Both the position numbers and the translations under genes were made by a program. Below, piece after piece: positions 29,059 through 39,200 of a DNA stretch of 64,000 bases. The stretch covers positions 1,206,945-1,270,944 of the forward strand of contig CAVZDH010000001.1 in the NCBI GenBank assembly GCA_963774015.1. Direction: 5' to 3'. Source of the DNA: an uncultured delta proteobacterium (GTDB lineage: Bacteria > Desulfobacterota > Binatia > UTPRO1). Every line of letters begins with the position of its first letter. The first letter of the stretch is position 1. Below the pieces are notes generated by a model. It was not told the DNA's origin. It saw nothing but the letters and a program-made list of their open reading frames with translations, and made no database searches.

Positions 29059-29376
29059 ATGAGCGACCAAGAGAAGGGGCTGCCGTTACTGCGCAAGACG
29101 CCGGTGGATTTCCTCAGTCGGGAGGAAGCCCGCCAAGCGCTCAATCCCGACGTCGCGCTGGACGCGTCCGAGGCGGCGCGGGCGCTGCGCGCCGAACCCA
29201 ACAGCGAGAAGCTGCTGCTCGCCCAACATTTGTCCCACGCATCGCACGGCAGCCACGGGAGTCACGGCAGCCATGGGAGTCACGGGAGCCACGGGAGCCA
29301 CGGCAGCCACGGCAGTCACGGCTCGCACGGCAGTCACGGTTCCCACGGCAGTCACGGCTCTCACGGGTCGTGGTGA
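29059..29376 (+). CDS. hxsA: His-Xaa-Ser repeat precursor peptide (HxsA-like): leader plus (H-G/A-S)x16 and a C-terminal Trp
   Basis: RBS ggtgaaggag, then ATG 29059. Leader MSDQEKGLPLLRKTPVDFLSREEARQALNPDVALDASEAARALRAEPNSEKLLLAQHL. Core SHASHGSHGSHG....SHGSW*. Confidence 0.75.
   Translation: MSDQEKGLPLLRKTPVDFLSREEARQALNPDVALDASEAARALRAEPNSEKLLLAQHLSHASHGSHGSHGSHGSHGSHGSHGSHGSHGSHGSHGSHGSHGSHGSW
29235..29370 (+). repeat. 9-bp coding microsatellite (cac-ggn-agy)n, ~15 units
   Basis: Direct reading of the hxsA core region. Confidence 0.85.
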
Positions 29377-29425
29377 GAATCCGCCCGGTATCAGAACGCA
29401 CCTCGGCGTAAACGGAGGCATCGCG

Positions 29426-32400
29426 ATGACGATAGCTCGGCCACAGCGGAGAATTTGGGCGGCGCAGACCCGTGCGTTCGGTACGACGACACCGGGTCGC
29501 GCAAGACGGCACGGCTCGGCTCTGGCCAGCATGGCGACCCTGGCGGTCCTCGGACTGCTGGTCGCGGCGGCGCCGGCCGCGGCAATCGTCCTCACCGGCG
29601 GGCCGACGTATTCGCCTGGTAGCGGGTGGTCCTGCACCGCGCCGGCTGCCGGCCTCGAGAAGCTCGCCGGTGGCGGCAACTACTCGTGTAGCGGCACCGC
29701 GAGCGCATTCAGCAATCTCTACATCGGCATCAACAGCAACACGGGCTCGCCGTTCGGCGACAAGATGAACAGCAGCGGCGGCTCCGAGCCGAGCGGCGCG
29801 GAGCGGTTCGTGTGGTCGGCGAACGGCTCGACCTTCATCCGCTACACGGGGACCACCTCGATCACCGGCTTCGGCACGGTGTTCACGCGCGTGACGCTCA
29901 CGTTCAGTGCCTCGGGCGCGGTGGTGGACGACGCGACGACCCAGGCCCTCACCGGCACCAATATCAACGGCTCGGTGCATGCGTTGTGGCGCATTGGGTC
30001 GGGGGTCGGTGCGATGACCGTCAACGTCCTGATCGAAGCGAGCAGCAGCTCCGGCGGGCCCTGGTCTCCGGCGGACGTGTTTTTCAACAACGGCGGGCAC
30101 CGCTTGGGTAACGGCACCGACGTCGACCGCTCGCACGTCGACCTGGCGTTCTACACATCGACCTGCGGCGATGGCCAAATCGATACCGTGGCCGGGACTG
30201 ATGCGAGTGCCGAGCAGTGCGACACCGGGATCGCCGGCAGCGTCTGCTGCAACTCCAACTGCACCTTCAACAGCGGTAGCGTGTGTCGCGCCGCGGCGGG
30301 CGTGTGCGACGTGCAGGAGACCTGCAACGGGTCGAGCGCGACGTGCCCGGCCAATGCCTTCGTGAGCTCGGCGACGGTCTGCCGGCCGTCGGCGGGGGTC
30401 TGCGACACGGCGGAGAACTGCACGGGATCGTCAGCGGCATGTCCTGCCGACTCCTTCGCGAGCTCGGCGACGGTCTGCCGGTCGTCGGCGGGCATCTGCG
30501 ACACCGCGGAGAACTGCACGGGATCGTCAGCGGCATGTCCTGCCGACTCCTTCGCGAGCTCGGCGACGGTCTGTCGCGCGTCGGCGGGCATCTGCGACGT
30601 CGCCGAGAATTGCACCGGTTCGAGCGCCGCGTGTCCCGCCGACTCCTTCGCGAGCTCGGCGACGGTCTGTCGCGCGTCGGCGGGCGTCTGCGACGTCGCC
30701 GAGAATTGCACCGGGTCGAGCGCCGCGTGTCCGGCGAACGGCTTCCAGAGCTCGGCGACGGTTTGCCGTCCGTCGGCGGGCGTCTGCGACGTGGCGGAGA
30801 CCTGTACCGGGGCGAGCGCCGCATGTCCGGGCGACTCGTTCGAGAGCGCGGCGACGGTCTGCCGCGGCGCTGCCGGCGTCTGCGACCTGGCGGAGAACTG
30901 CACGGGCGCGTCGGCGGCGTGTCCCGCCGACAGCAAGAGCTCGGCGGTCTGCCGTCCGTCGGCGGGCGTCTGCGACGTCGCCGAGAGCTGCGACGGGGTC
31001 GGGAACAACTGTCCGGCCGACGGCTTCGCGAGCGCGGCGACGGTCTGCCGAGGCGCGGCGGGCGTCTGCGACGTGGCGGAGAACTGCACGGGCGCGTCGG
31101 CGGCGTGTCCGGCCGACAGCAAGAGCTCGGCGGTCTGCCGTCCGTCGGCGGGCGTCTGCGACGTCGCCGAGAGCTGTGACGGGGTCGGCAACAACTGTCC
31201 GGCCGACGGCTTCCTGAGCTCCTCGACGGAGTGCCGGAGCGCGGCGGGTGTCTGCGACCTGGCGGAGAACTGCACGGGCTCGTCGGCGGCATGTCCCGCC
31301 GACAGCAAGAGCTCGGCGGTCTGCCGTCCGTCGGCGGGCGTCTGCGACGTCGCCGAGAGCTGCGACGGGGTGGGTAACAACTGTCCGGCCGACGGCTTCG
31401 CGGGTGCCGCGACGGTTTGTCGGGCAGCGGGCGGCGTCTGCGACCTCGCGGAGAACTGCACCGGCGCGTCGGCGGCCTGCCCGGCCGATTCGAAGAGCAC
31501 CGCGGTCTGCCGTCCGAACGCGGGCGTTTGCGACACCCCCGAGACCTGCGACGGGGTGAGCAACGCCTGTCCGGCCGACACCTTCCTCTCGAGCGCGACC
31601 GTCTGCCGGCCTACCGCCGGCATCTGCGACGTCGCGGAGAACTGCTCGGGCTCGTCGGCTGCGTGCCCGACCGACGCTTTCGAGCCGAGCTCGACGGTCT
31701 GCCGCAGCGCCGCTGGCGTGTGCGACGCGGTCGAGAACTGCACCGGCAGTGGCGCGGCTTGCCCCGCCGACGGCAAGCTCAACGGCTCGACGACCTGCCG
31801 CGCGGCTGCCGACGTGTGTGACGTCGCCGAGACCTGCAACGGTTCATCCGACGACTGTCCCGCCGACGCCTTCGCCTCGTCGTCGACCGTCTGCCGGCCC
31901 GAGGCCGGCGTCTGCGACGTGGCAGAGAACTGCACGGGCAGCGGCGCGGCGTGTCCGGCCGACGCGGTGGAGCCGTCGAGCACCGAGTGCCGTCCGGTCG
32001 CCGGCATCTGCGACGTTGCCGAGAACTGCGACGGTAGCAGCGTGAACTGTCCGAGCGACTCCTTCGAGAGCAGCTCGGTTACCTGCCGGCCGGTGAACGG
32101 CGTCTGTGACGTCGCCGAGCAGTGCACCGGTACGGGCCCGAACTGCCCGGCCGACTCCTTCGAGAACAGCTCGGTGGTCTGCCGCCCATCCTCGGGCGTG
32201 TGCGATACCGTGGAGAGCTGCTCGGGCAGCGCGGCGGATTGCCCGGCCGATGGGGTCGAGCCGACCACCACGGTCTGCCGCCCGGCGGCGAGCACGGCCG
32301 ACGCGCCCGAGGACTGCGACGGCACGAACAAGTTCTGCCCGGCCGACGCCTTCTTGCCCGCCGGGACGCCGTGCGACGACGGCAGCTTCTGCACCTTCGA

Positions 32401-33214
32401 CGACCAGGCCGACGGCTTCGGGACCTGCGTCGGCCAGCCGGTCGATTGCGACGACCACAATCCCTGCACCGACGACTCGTGCGACTCGCAGTCGATGGGC
32501 TTCCTATGTGAGTACGTGAACAACGGCATCTGCATCGGGGCGAACTGCGGCAACTTCGTGGTCGACGCGGGAGAGACCTGCGATCCGCCCGACCTCGGCA
32601 TCGGCCCGAACGGCCAGCCCATCTGCCGGCTCGACTGCACGTCGTGCGGCGACGGCGTGGTGCAGGCGAACGACACCGAGACCTGCGACGACGGGAATCT
32701 GGTGAGCGGGTGCCGGACCGACAAGCCGCAAAAGCCGCTCGACGACTGCCTCAACAACTGCAACGAGCCGATCTGCGCCGACCCGGCCCGCATCCAGTTC
32801 GGGTCGGAGGTGCGGCCCGACGTCTACCAGTTCCACGGCCGCCTGATCTCGCCCGTGCCGGTGGACTTCGTGAACAACCACTTCGTGATCGAGCTCCAGG
32901 ACTCGAGCGGCAACGTGATCTACCGCTCGTCGTTGGTCCGCGGGTCGATCGAGGTGCAGAACGCGAAGTCGACACGTTACAAGAACCGTGGAGCGCGCGC
33001 CGCGGGTGGCATCTACCAGCTGAAGACGAAGCAGGCGGACGGCTACTACGTCGTGACCCTCAAGACCTACGGCGACATGTCGCTCGCGACGTCGGACATG
33101 TCGACGCACGTCTACATCGGCGCCGACGAATGGGCGATCCGCGGGATCTGGACGCAGCAGGGCTCGAAGGGCTGGAAGCTCACCAGCAAGGCGGTCTTCC
33201 TCCCCGTACCGTGA
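29426..33214 (+). CDS. giant secreted Cys-rich repeat protein. It has an N-terminal domain, ~25 tandem 32-aa CRxxAGxCDxAExCxGxSxxCPxD repeats, myxo-type CGDG..CDDGN Cys modules and a C-terminal beta-rich domain.
   Basis: RBS ggagg 8 nt before ATG 29426. Signal-like ..MATLAVLGLLVAAAPAAA. Repeats span 30285-32350, with adjacent 96-bp units identical at the DNA level. C-terminus ..YQLKTKQADGYYVVTLKTYG.. Confidence 0.8.
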   Translation: MTIARPQRRIWAAQTRAFGTTTPGRARRHGSALASMATLAVLGLLVAAAPAAAIVLTGGPTYSPGSGWSCTAPAAGLEKLAGGGNYSCSGTASAFSNLYIGINSNTGSPFGDKMNSSGGSEPSGAERFVWSANGSTFIRYTGTTSITGFGTVFTRVTLTFSASGAVVDDATTQALTGTNINGSVHALWRIGSGVGAMTVNVLIEASSSSGGPWSPADVFFNNGGHRLGNGTDVDRSHVDLAFYTSTCGDGQIDTVAGTDASAEQCDTGIAGSVCCNSNCTFNSGSVCRAAAGVCDVQETCNGSSATCPANAFVSSATVCRPSAGVCDTAENCTGSSAACPADSFASSATVCRSSAGICDTAENCTGSSAACPADSFASSATVCRASAGICDVAENCTGSSAACPADSFASSATVCRASAGVCDVAENCTGSSAACPANGFQSSATVCRPSAGVCDVAETCTGASAACPGDSFESAATVCRGAAGVCDLAENCTGASAACPADSKSSAVCRPSAGVCDVAESCDGVGNNCPADGFASAATVCRGAAGVCDVAENCTGASAACPADSKSSAVCRPSAGVCDVAESCDGVGNNCPADGFLSSSTECRSAAGVCDLAENCTGSSAACPADSKSSAVCRPSAGVCDVAESCDGVGNNCPADGFAGAATVCRAAGGVCDLAENCTGASAACPADSKSTAVCRPNAGVCDTPETCDGVSNACPADTFLSSATVCRPTAGICDVAENCSGSSAACPTDAFEPSSTVCRSAAGVCDAVENCTGSGAACPADGKLNGSTTCRAAADVCDVAETCNGSSDDCPADAFASSSTVCRPEAGVCDVAENCTGSGAACPADAVEPSSTECRPVAGICDVAENCDGSSVNCPSDSFESSSVTCRPVNGVCDVAEQCTGTGPNCPADSFENSSVVCRPSSGVCDTVESCSGSAADCPADGVEPTTTVCRPAASTADAPEDCDGTNKFCPADAFLPAGTPCDDGSFCTFDDQADGFGTCVGQPVDCDDHNPCTDDSCDSQSMGFLCEYVNNGICIGANCGNFVVDAGETCDPPDLGIGPNGQPICRLDCTSCGDGVVQANDTETCDDGNLVSGCRTDKPQKPLDDCLNNCNEPICADPARIQFGSEVRPDVYQFHGRLISPVPVDFVNNHFVIELQDSSGNVIYRSSLVRGSIEVQNAKSTRYKNRGARAAGGIYQLKTKQADGYYVVTLKTYGDMSLATSDMSTHVYIGADEWAIRGIWTQQGSKGWKLTSKAVFLPVP
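30285..32350 (+). repeat. array of 96-bp coding tandem repeats (many near-identical copies)
   Basis: For example, the block cacgggatcgtcagcggcatgtcctgccgactccttcgcgagctcggcgacggtctg.. recurs verbatim at 30421 and 30517. Confidence 0.8.
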
Positions 33215-33244
33215 TGCGATCCCGCGGCGCGGGCACGCGAGCCG

Positions 33245-34903
33245 TCAACGAACGTTGGCGGTGAGCCGTGCTCGCGCCGCGGCCAAGTTGGCCGCGACCA
33301 TGGCGCGTGCCGACCAGCCGGGCGGTGCCAGCGCGAGTGCGCGCTCGTAGTCGCTAGCCGCCCCGGCGAAGTCGCCGAGCGATTGCCGTGCCCACCCGCG
33401 GTTGTTGTAAGCCCCGGGATCGTTCGGGCGGAGCTCGATCACCTTGGAATGGTCGGCCGCGGCAGCGGCGTAATCGCCGCGCTCCTGGAGCGCGGTCCCG
33501 CGGTCGAAGTAGGCGAGGCAGTAACGCGGATTGCAGCGGATCGCCGACGTGTAGTCGGCGATTGCCGCGTCACGATCGCGATCCTGGCGGGCGAAGCCAC
33601 GGTTGGTGAGCGCGATCCAATTGCACGGATCGAGCCCGAGCGTGTGGTCCCAAAGGGTCACGGAGTCGTGCCAGATGCTGGCCTGGCGGAAGGTGAGCGC
33701 TGCGAGAACGACGAGCGTCGCGACGGTTGCGCCCGCGAGGAGACGGGCCGCAAGGGCGCTCGCGCGCGCCCAGCGGCGCGCGAGCGCGACCATCGCAAGC
33801 GCGGTTGGCGGGAGACACGCGAGATAGCTGTAGCGGTCGGCGACGAGCTGCGGACCGGTCTGCGTGAGACCGAGCACGGGCGCTAGGATCACGACGTAGC
33901 CCGCCCACGCGGCGAGGATTCCCGGACGGCGCGCGCGCCCGCGGACGGCGATTGCAGTCACGACGACGACCGCGATCACCGCGGCGACGTAGCGGGGCGC
34001 GGCCGGGTCGAGCGGCGTGGGGAGCAGGTAGGCGGGCTGGAGTCCGGCGGGCCACAGCGTCTTCGCGAGGTAGAAGATGAGGCCGTACGCAGCCTGTGCG
34101 GCGCGTGCGGCGACGCCGTGCTCGGCGAGCGAGCGCATCTCGGGCACCGCCCGCTGTGCCGCGAACGCCAGGGCCCCCGCTCCGGCTGCGACGACCGCGA
34201 TCGGCAGCTTCTCGCGGAGCACGAGCCGGGGCGCGCGCTCGAGTCGTTCGAGCGGGTACCAATCGAGGATCAGCAGGACGACGGGGAACGTGACGGCCCA
34301 GGCCTTCGCCGCGAGCGAGAGCACGAGGGCGGCCACGACGAAGGCGCGGGCGCGGCGTGCCGTGGTCACGGAAGCTTCGGCTGCGCGGAGGTACGCGAGC
34401 ACGGCGAGCAGCCAAAACGCGCCGGAGAGCACGTCGCGCCGCTCGGTCGCCCACGCGACCGACTCGACGCGGAGCGGGTGGACGGCGAAGCCGAGCGCGC
34501 CCGCGGCCGCGATCCATGCCGCCGCCTCCTGCGGGACCGTGGTCAGGCGCCGGAGGAGCGAGCGGAAGATCAACCATACCAGGAGCGCGTTCAGGGCGTG
34601 CAGCCCGAGGCTCGTCAGATGGTAGCCGCGCGGATCCATTCCCCAGAGCGCGTGGTCGAGCGCGAACGAGAGCCATGTGAGCGGCTGCCAGTGGCCGCCG
34701 AGCGTCGTCGTCAGCATCCATCGGAGGTGCGACGGCGAAAGGCCGCGATAGGCGCCGTTCTCGGTGAGGTTCAGGTCGTCGTCCCAGTTGACGAAACCGT
34801 TCCCGAGGGTCGGCGCGAAGGCCAGGGCGGTCACGAGCACCACGCCGACGGCGATCGGCCATGCGCTGCGCTCTCGACGCGTCACGGGCGCTTCGGCTGC
34901 CAC
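33245..34903 (-). CDS. TMTC-like membrane protein: N-terminal DUF1736/PMT-type transmembrane domain plus C-terminal TPR repeats
   Basis: GFVNWDDDLNLTEN motif, multiple TM helices, and a C-terminal block of TPR-like repeats (..AIRCNPRYCLAYFDRGTALQERGDY.. etc.). Confidence 0.75.
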   Translation of the reverse strand: MAAEAPVTRRERSAWPIAVGVVLVTALAFAPTLGNGFVNWDDDLNLTENGAYRGLSPSHLRWMLTTTLGGHWQPLTWLSFALDHALWGMDPRGYHLTSLGLHALNALLVWLIFRSLLRRLTTVPQEAAAWIAAAGALGFAVHPLRVESVAWATERRDVLSGAFWLLAVLAYLRAAEASVTTARRARAFVVAALVLSLAAKAWAVTFPVVLLILDWYPLERLERAPRLVLREKLPIAVVAAGAGALAFAAQRAVPEMRSLAEHGVAARAAQAAYGLIFYLAKTLWPAGLQPAYLLPTPLDPAAPRYVAAVIAVVVVTAIAVRGRARRPGILAAWAGYVVILAPVLGLTQTGPQLVADRYSYLACLPPTALAMVALARRWARASALAARLLAGATVATLVVLAALTFRQASIWHDSVTLWDHTLGLDPCNWIALTNRGFARQDRDRDAAIADYTSAIRCNPRYCLAYFDRGTALQERGDYAAAAADHSKVIELRPNDPGAYNNRGWARQSLGDFAGAASDYERALALAPPGWSARAMVAANLAAARARLTANVR

Positions 34904-34987
34904 GAACCGGCGGCGACGACAAGCGGGCCGCCCGTCGCGAGCGGCGCCGACAGTTCACCGCGAGCGGTTGAACGGCGCCGCGGCGGC

Positions 34988-36103
34988 TCACTGCACGCCG
35001 GGCGGTGCGACGTCCCAGGCGGCGAGCTCCCCATCGTTGTCGGCGACGAGGAGGGTCGGGCCGCGTCCCCATGCGAGCGCGGTGATGCTCGCCTGGTGCC
35101 ACGCGAAAGTTTCGTGGACGACGGCGTCGGGGAGGGTCAGCACGCGTACGACGTTTTGATCGTCGGACGCGGCGGCGAGGCGTCCGTCGGCCGCGATGGC
35201 GAAGCGCGCTGCGGGCGCGCCGAGCGCGAGGTCCTTCACGAGCGTGCCCCTGGCGTCGAAGAGCCGAACGTGGCCGTCGCGCGCGGCGACGACGAGCGCG
35301 CCGTCGACGAAGCCGAGCCCGGTGATCTCCTGCGTCGACGGCGTGAGCATGCGAGGCTTCGCGGCCTTGGACGCGGGCGATGTCGTTCCGAGGTCGACCA
35401 GCGCGACCGTTCCGACCTCGGTCCCGAGCGCGATCCTCTGGCCGTCACGGTCGAACGCCATCTTGACGACGCGACCGTCGACCGAAAGCGTCCGCCGGAG
35501 TCGCCCGTTCTCGGCGTCGAGGAGCCTGGCCTTCCCGTCGGCGGCGTTCGAGATCAGGAGCCTCGCGCCGTCCGGCGACCAGACGACGTCGTTCACCATG
35601 CCCTTGCCCTCGGGCCCCTCGAAAGCGCCGAGCACCCTGCCGCTCGCGAGGTCGTAGCGGATGAGGCGATCCTCGACCGCGAAGATCGTCGTTCGATCGT
35701 CGGGCGACACGACCAGCGCCTGCGGTCCCTCGCGCTCACCTTTTGCATCTTTTTCGTCCTCGTCGGGGGGGATCGGCGCGAAATGGTGCCCGAACGCTAC
35801 GGCCGGCAGCGTCCAGGTGGTCGGCTCGACGTCGAGGAGCGCGATCAAGAGCTGTGATCCGTCGGGGGCGGCGGTCATGGCGGTCGTGCCGCGCCCGAAT
35901 GAGACGACACATCGCGGCATCGATCCCGTCGGCCCCCGGCGTGCGGGTGGAGCGCAGCGCGGATGCGTCGCCTCGCCGCCTTCGGTGCGAAACGGCCCCG
36001 TCGGCGGAGGCTCGGGCGCGCGCACGACGTGGGGTCCGCAGGCCGATAGGGCGACCAGGGCGACGATGCAGAGGGGGGCTCTCCGACGACGGTCTCGAGG
36101 CAT
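34988..36103 (-). CDS. beta-propeller (WD40/PQQ-like) lipoprotein
   Basis: Lipobox ..CIVALVALSACG. Repeated ..DGxRLAxxxxDGxVRLxD.. blades. Confidence 0.7.
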   Translation of the reverse strand: MPRDRRRRAPLCIVALVALSACGPHVVRAPEPPPTGPFRTEGGEATHPRCAPPARRGPTGSMPRCVVSFGRGTTAMTAAPDGSQLLIALLDVEPTTWTLPAVAFGHHFAPIPPDEDEKDAKGEREGPQALVVSPDDRTTIFAVEDRLIRYDLASGRVLGAFEGPEGKGMVNDVVWSPDGARLLISNAADGKARLLDAENGRLRRTLSVDGRVVKMAFDRDGQRIALGTEVGTVALVDLGTTSPASKAAKPRMLTPSTQEITGLGFVDGALVVAARDGHVRLFDARGTLVKDLALGAPAARFAIAADGRLAAASDDQNVVRVLTLPDAVVHETFAWHQASITALAWGRGPTLLVADNDGELAAWDVAPPGVQ

Positions 36104-36231
36104 GGCCTGCTCTACACCGATGCAGTTTTTCCTTCCAAGTCTGGGGAGATGCCGTGTATGGTGCGGCGCCGACTTCCAACCCCCGGCCCCTGCGCGGGGT
36201 CGCCATCAGAGCCCACGAGGATGAGGTGAGA

Positions 36232-39200
36232 ATGTTCCGAACGCTGATCGTGTCCGCCGTGCTGTCCGCAGCCTTGGCGACCTCCGCCGCGGCGCAGACT
36301 CTGACGCGCGGGCCGCTGATCCAGAATCCCGCCGCCATCACCACGACGATGACGATCCTCTGGTGGACGGACGTGACCGGCGACAGCACGGTGGAATACG
36401 GCCTCACGCCGTCGCTCGGCTCGTCGGTGAACGTCGCACAAGCCGGGAGCTGCGAGATCGGTGCAGCCGGCACCTGCCACGCGGTGCCGCTCACGGGTCT
36501 GCAACCGGGAACGCGGTACTACTATCGCCTCCTCACCAACGGCACCCAGGTTCTCGCGACGACCTACTTCCAGACCTTCAAGACCCCGAGCGACCCGAGC
36601 GAGCTCTATTTCACCGTCATCGGCGACTGGGGGCAGGGCACGAGCCAGCAGGGGCAGATCGGCAACAACATGAACGCCGACGATCCGCCGCTCGTGATGA
36701 CCGTCGGCGACAACGCCTACACCAACGGCACCCAGTCGGACTGGGACAACAACGTCTTCATCTCGCAGTGGAAGAACGGGATCCTCCGGCGCGCCGTGTT
36801 CATGCCGACGCTCGGGAACCACGACCTGAACAACGTCGGCAACACCAACTGGGCGAGCTCGGTCGAGATCAAGATGCACCAGCTCCCGCGCAACGCGCCC
36901 GCCGGCCAGGAAGAGCGCTACTTCTCGTTCGACTACGGCGACGCCCACTTCGTGGTGATGGACGCGAACCCCCCCGGCATCAACTCGACCCAGACCAACT
37001 GGGCCGCGGCCGACCTCGCGGCGACCACCCGCAAATGGAAGTTCGTCTTCTTGCACCAGACGCCGTACTCCTGCGCCAACGGGTTTGCCTCGATCGGCAG
37101 CGACCACACCGTGCGCAATACGTGGGGACCGATCTTCGAGCAGTACGGCGTCGACATCGTGTTCATCGGCCACGACCACAGCTACGAGCGCTCGCACGCG
37201 GTCGACGACTATCTGGTCGGCGGCGGTTCCGGATCGGACGGCAAGAGCACCTACTACATCATGACCGGCGGCGGCGGTGCGGCGCTCGACGGCGCAGCGC
37301 AGGTCGACGGCGGGGGTCCGTACGGCCAGGGGCTCACGCATGGCAAGGAGTATTGCCCTTGGCTCGCGACCGACTGCTCGAACGGCGTGAACGGCATCTA
37401 CTGCAGCTTCTCGAAGTACCAGCACACCGAGGTGCGGATCGCGAACGATTCCGTCCTCACGCTGAAGTCGATCGACAACAACGACTCGGTCTTCGATACC
37501 TGGGTGCTCAACAAGACCAGCATCTGCGGCAACGGTACCGTCGAGTCCGGGGAGCAATGCGATCAGGGCGCGGCCAACGGCACGGCGACCTCGTGCTGCG
37601 ACGCGAGCTGCCAGTTCGTCTCGATCGGCACCACGTGCCGTACGGCCACGGGCCCCTGCGACGTCGCCGAGACGTGCAGCGGCGCGTCGGGGACGTGTCC
37701 GGGGAACGGCTTCGCTTCGTCGTCGACCGTCTGTCGTCCCTCGGCCGGCGGTTGCGATCCCGCCGAGCTCTGCACCGGGTCGACCGCCGCCTGTCCCGCG
37801 GACACGCTCTCCGGCAACGGCGTCGTCTGCCGTGCCGCCGCCGGCGCGTGCGATCTCGAGGAGGTCTGCAACGGCGTGTCCGCAGCCTGTCCCGCCGACG
37901 CGAAGTCGACCGCGCCCTGTCGGAACGCGATCGACCTCTGCGACGCCGTCGAGAGCTGCGACGGCGTCTCCAACACGTGTCCAGCGGATGCTTTCGCGCC
38001 GAACGGTACGCCGTGCCGGGTCGCGGTCGACCAGTGCGACGTGACCGAGGCCTGCACCGGCACGAGCGCGGCGTGCCCGCCCGACGGCTTCGCGTCGGCG
38101 AGCGTCGTCTGCCGCCCGGCGACGAGCATCTGCGACCTCGCCGAGAACTGCACCGGCGTCGGGCCCGGGTGTCCGGAGGACTTCTTCGCCGCCAACACCG
38201 TCGTCTGCCGCCCGGCGACAGGGCGTCTGCGACGTCGCCGAGAAGTGCACCGGTGCGAGCGCCGACGTGTCCCGCCGACGGCTTTGCGTCGAGCGCGACG
38301 GTTTGTCGCCCGTCGACGAGCGTGTGCGACGCCGCGGAGAACTGCACCGGGTCGAGCGGCACCTGTCCCGCCGACGCCTTCGCGTCGTCCTCGACGGTCT
38401 GCCGGCCCGCCGTGTCGCTCTGCGACGTCGCCGAGAGCTGCACCGGCAGCTCCGATACCTGTCCGAGCGACGTGGTGGCGCCGAGCAGCACCGTCTGTCG
38501 GCCAGCGAACGGCGTCTGCGACGTCGCCGAGAGCTGCGACGGCACTACGACCACGTGTCCCGCCAACACCTTCGCGCCGAGCACCCAGCTCTGCCGCCCC
38601 GCGAACGGTGTCTGCGACGTCGCCGAGAGCTGCAGCGGCACCTCGGCCAATTGTCCCGCCGACGGCTTCGCGACGAGCGCGGTCGAGTGTCGCGCCGCGG
38701 CGGGCGTGTGCGATGCGGCCGAGCAGTGCAGCGGCAGCTCCGCCGATTGCCAGGCCGACGCCTATCTCGCGGGCGTCGAATGCCGGCCGAGCGCCGGCAC
38801 CTGCGACGTGCCCGAGCAGTGCTCTGGCACGAGCGTCGACTGTCCGCCCGACACCGGCCAACCGGACGCGGACGGCGACGGCATCTGCGACCTCGAGGAC
38901 ATCTGTCCGCAGCAATCCGATCCAGGCCAGCAGGACAGCGACGGCGACGGGCTCGGGGACGCGTGCGATCCGTGCACGAACAACAAACCCGTGCACGTCG
39001 TGAAACCGAAGCTCACGCTGCAGAGGCTCGGGCTCCCGCTCGGCGACGATCGCCTCAAGTTCTCCGGCACCATGACCGTGCCCTCGGGTGCGATCGATCC
39101 CTCGATCGACGGCTTCCGCGTCCTCATCGTCGACGCCGGCGGCCAGACCGTCGTCGATGCCACCGTGCCCGCCGGGCTCTGGAACGCCTCGTCGGCGTCG

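Noticed and set aside
29235-29370. Short direct repeats as a possible CRISPR array. The same question was asked of the 96-bp repeat arrays at 30285-32350, 37640-38830 and 53940-56100.
   Set aside because: The repeats are in-frame coding units (H-G-S codons; 32-aa Cys repeats) with no unique spacers and no cas genes.
33215-33244. Possible bidirectional terminator (cccgcggcgcggg) between convergent giant and TMTC genes
   Set aside because: The stem has a one-nucleotide loop and no U-tract, so it was not called.
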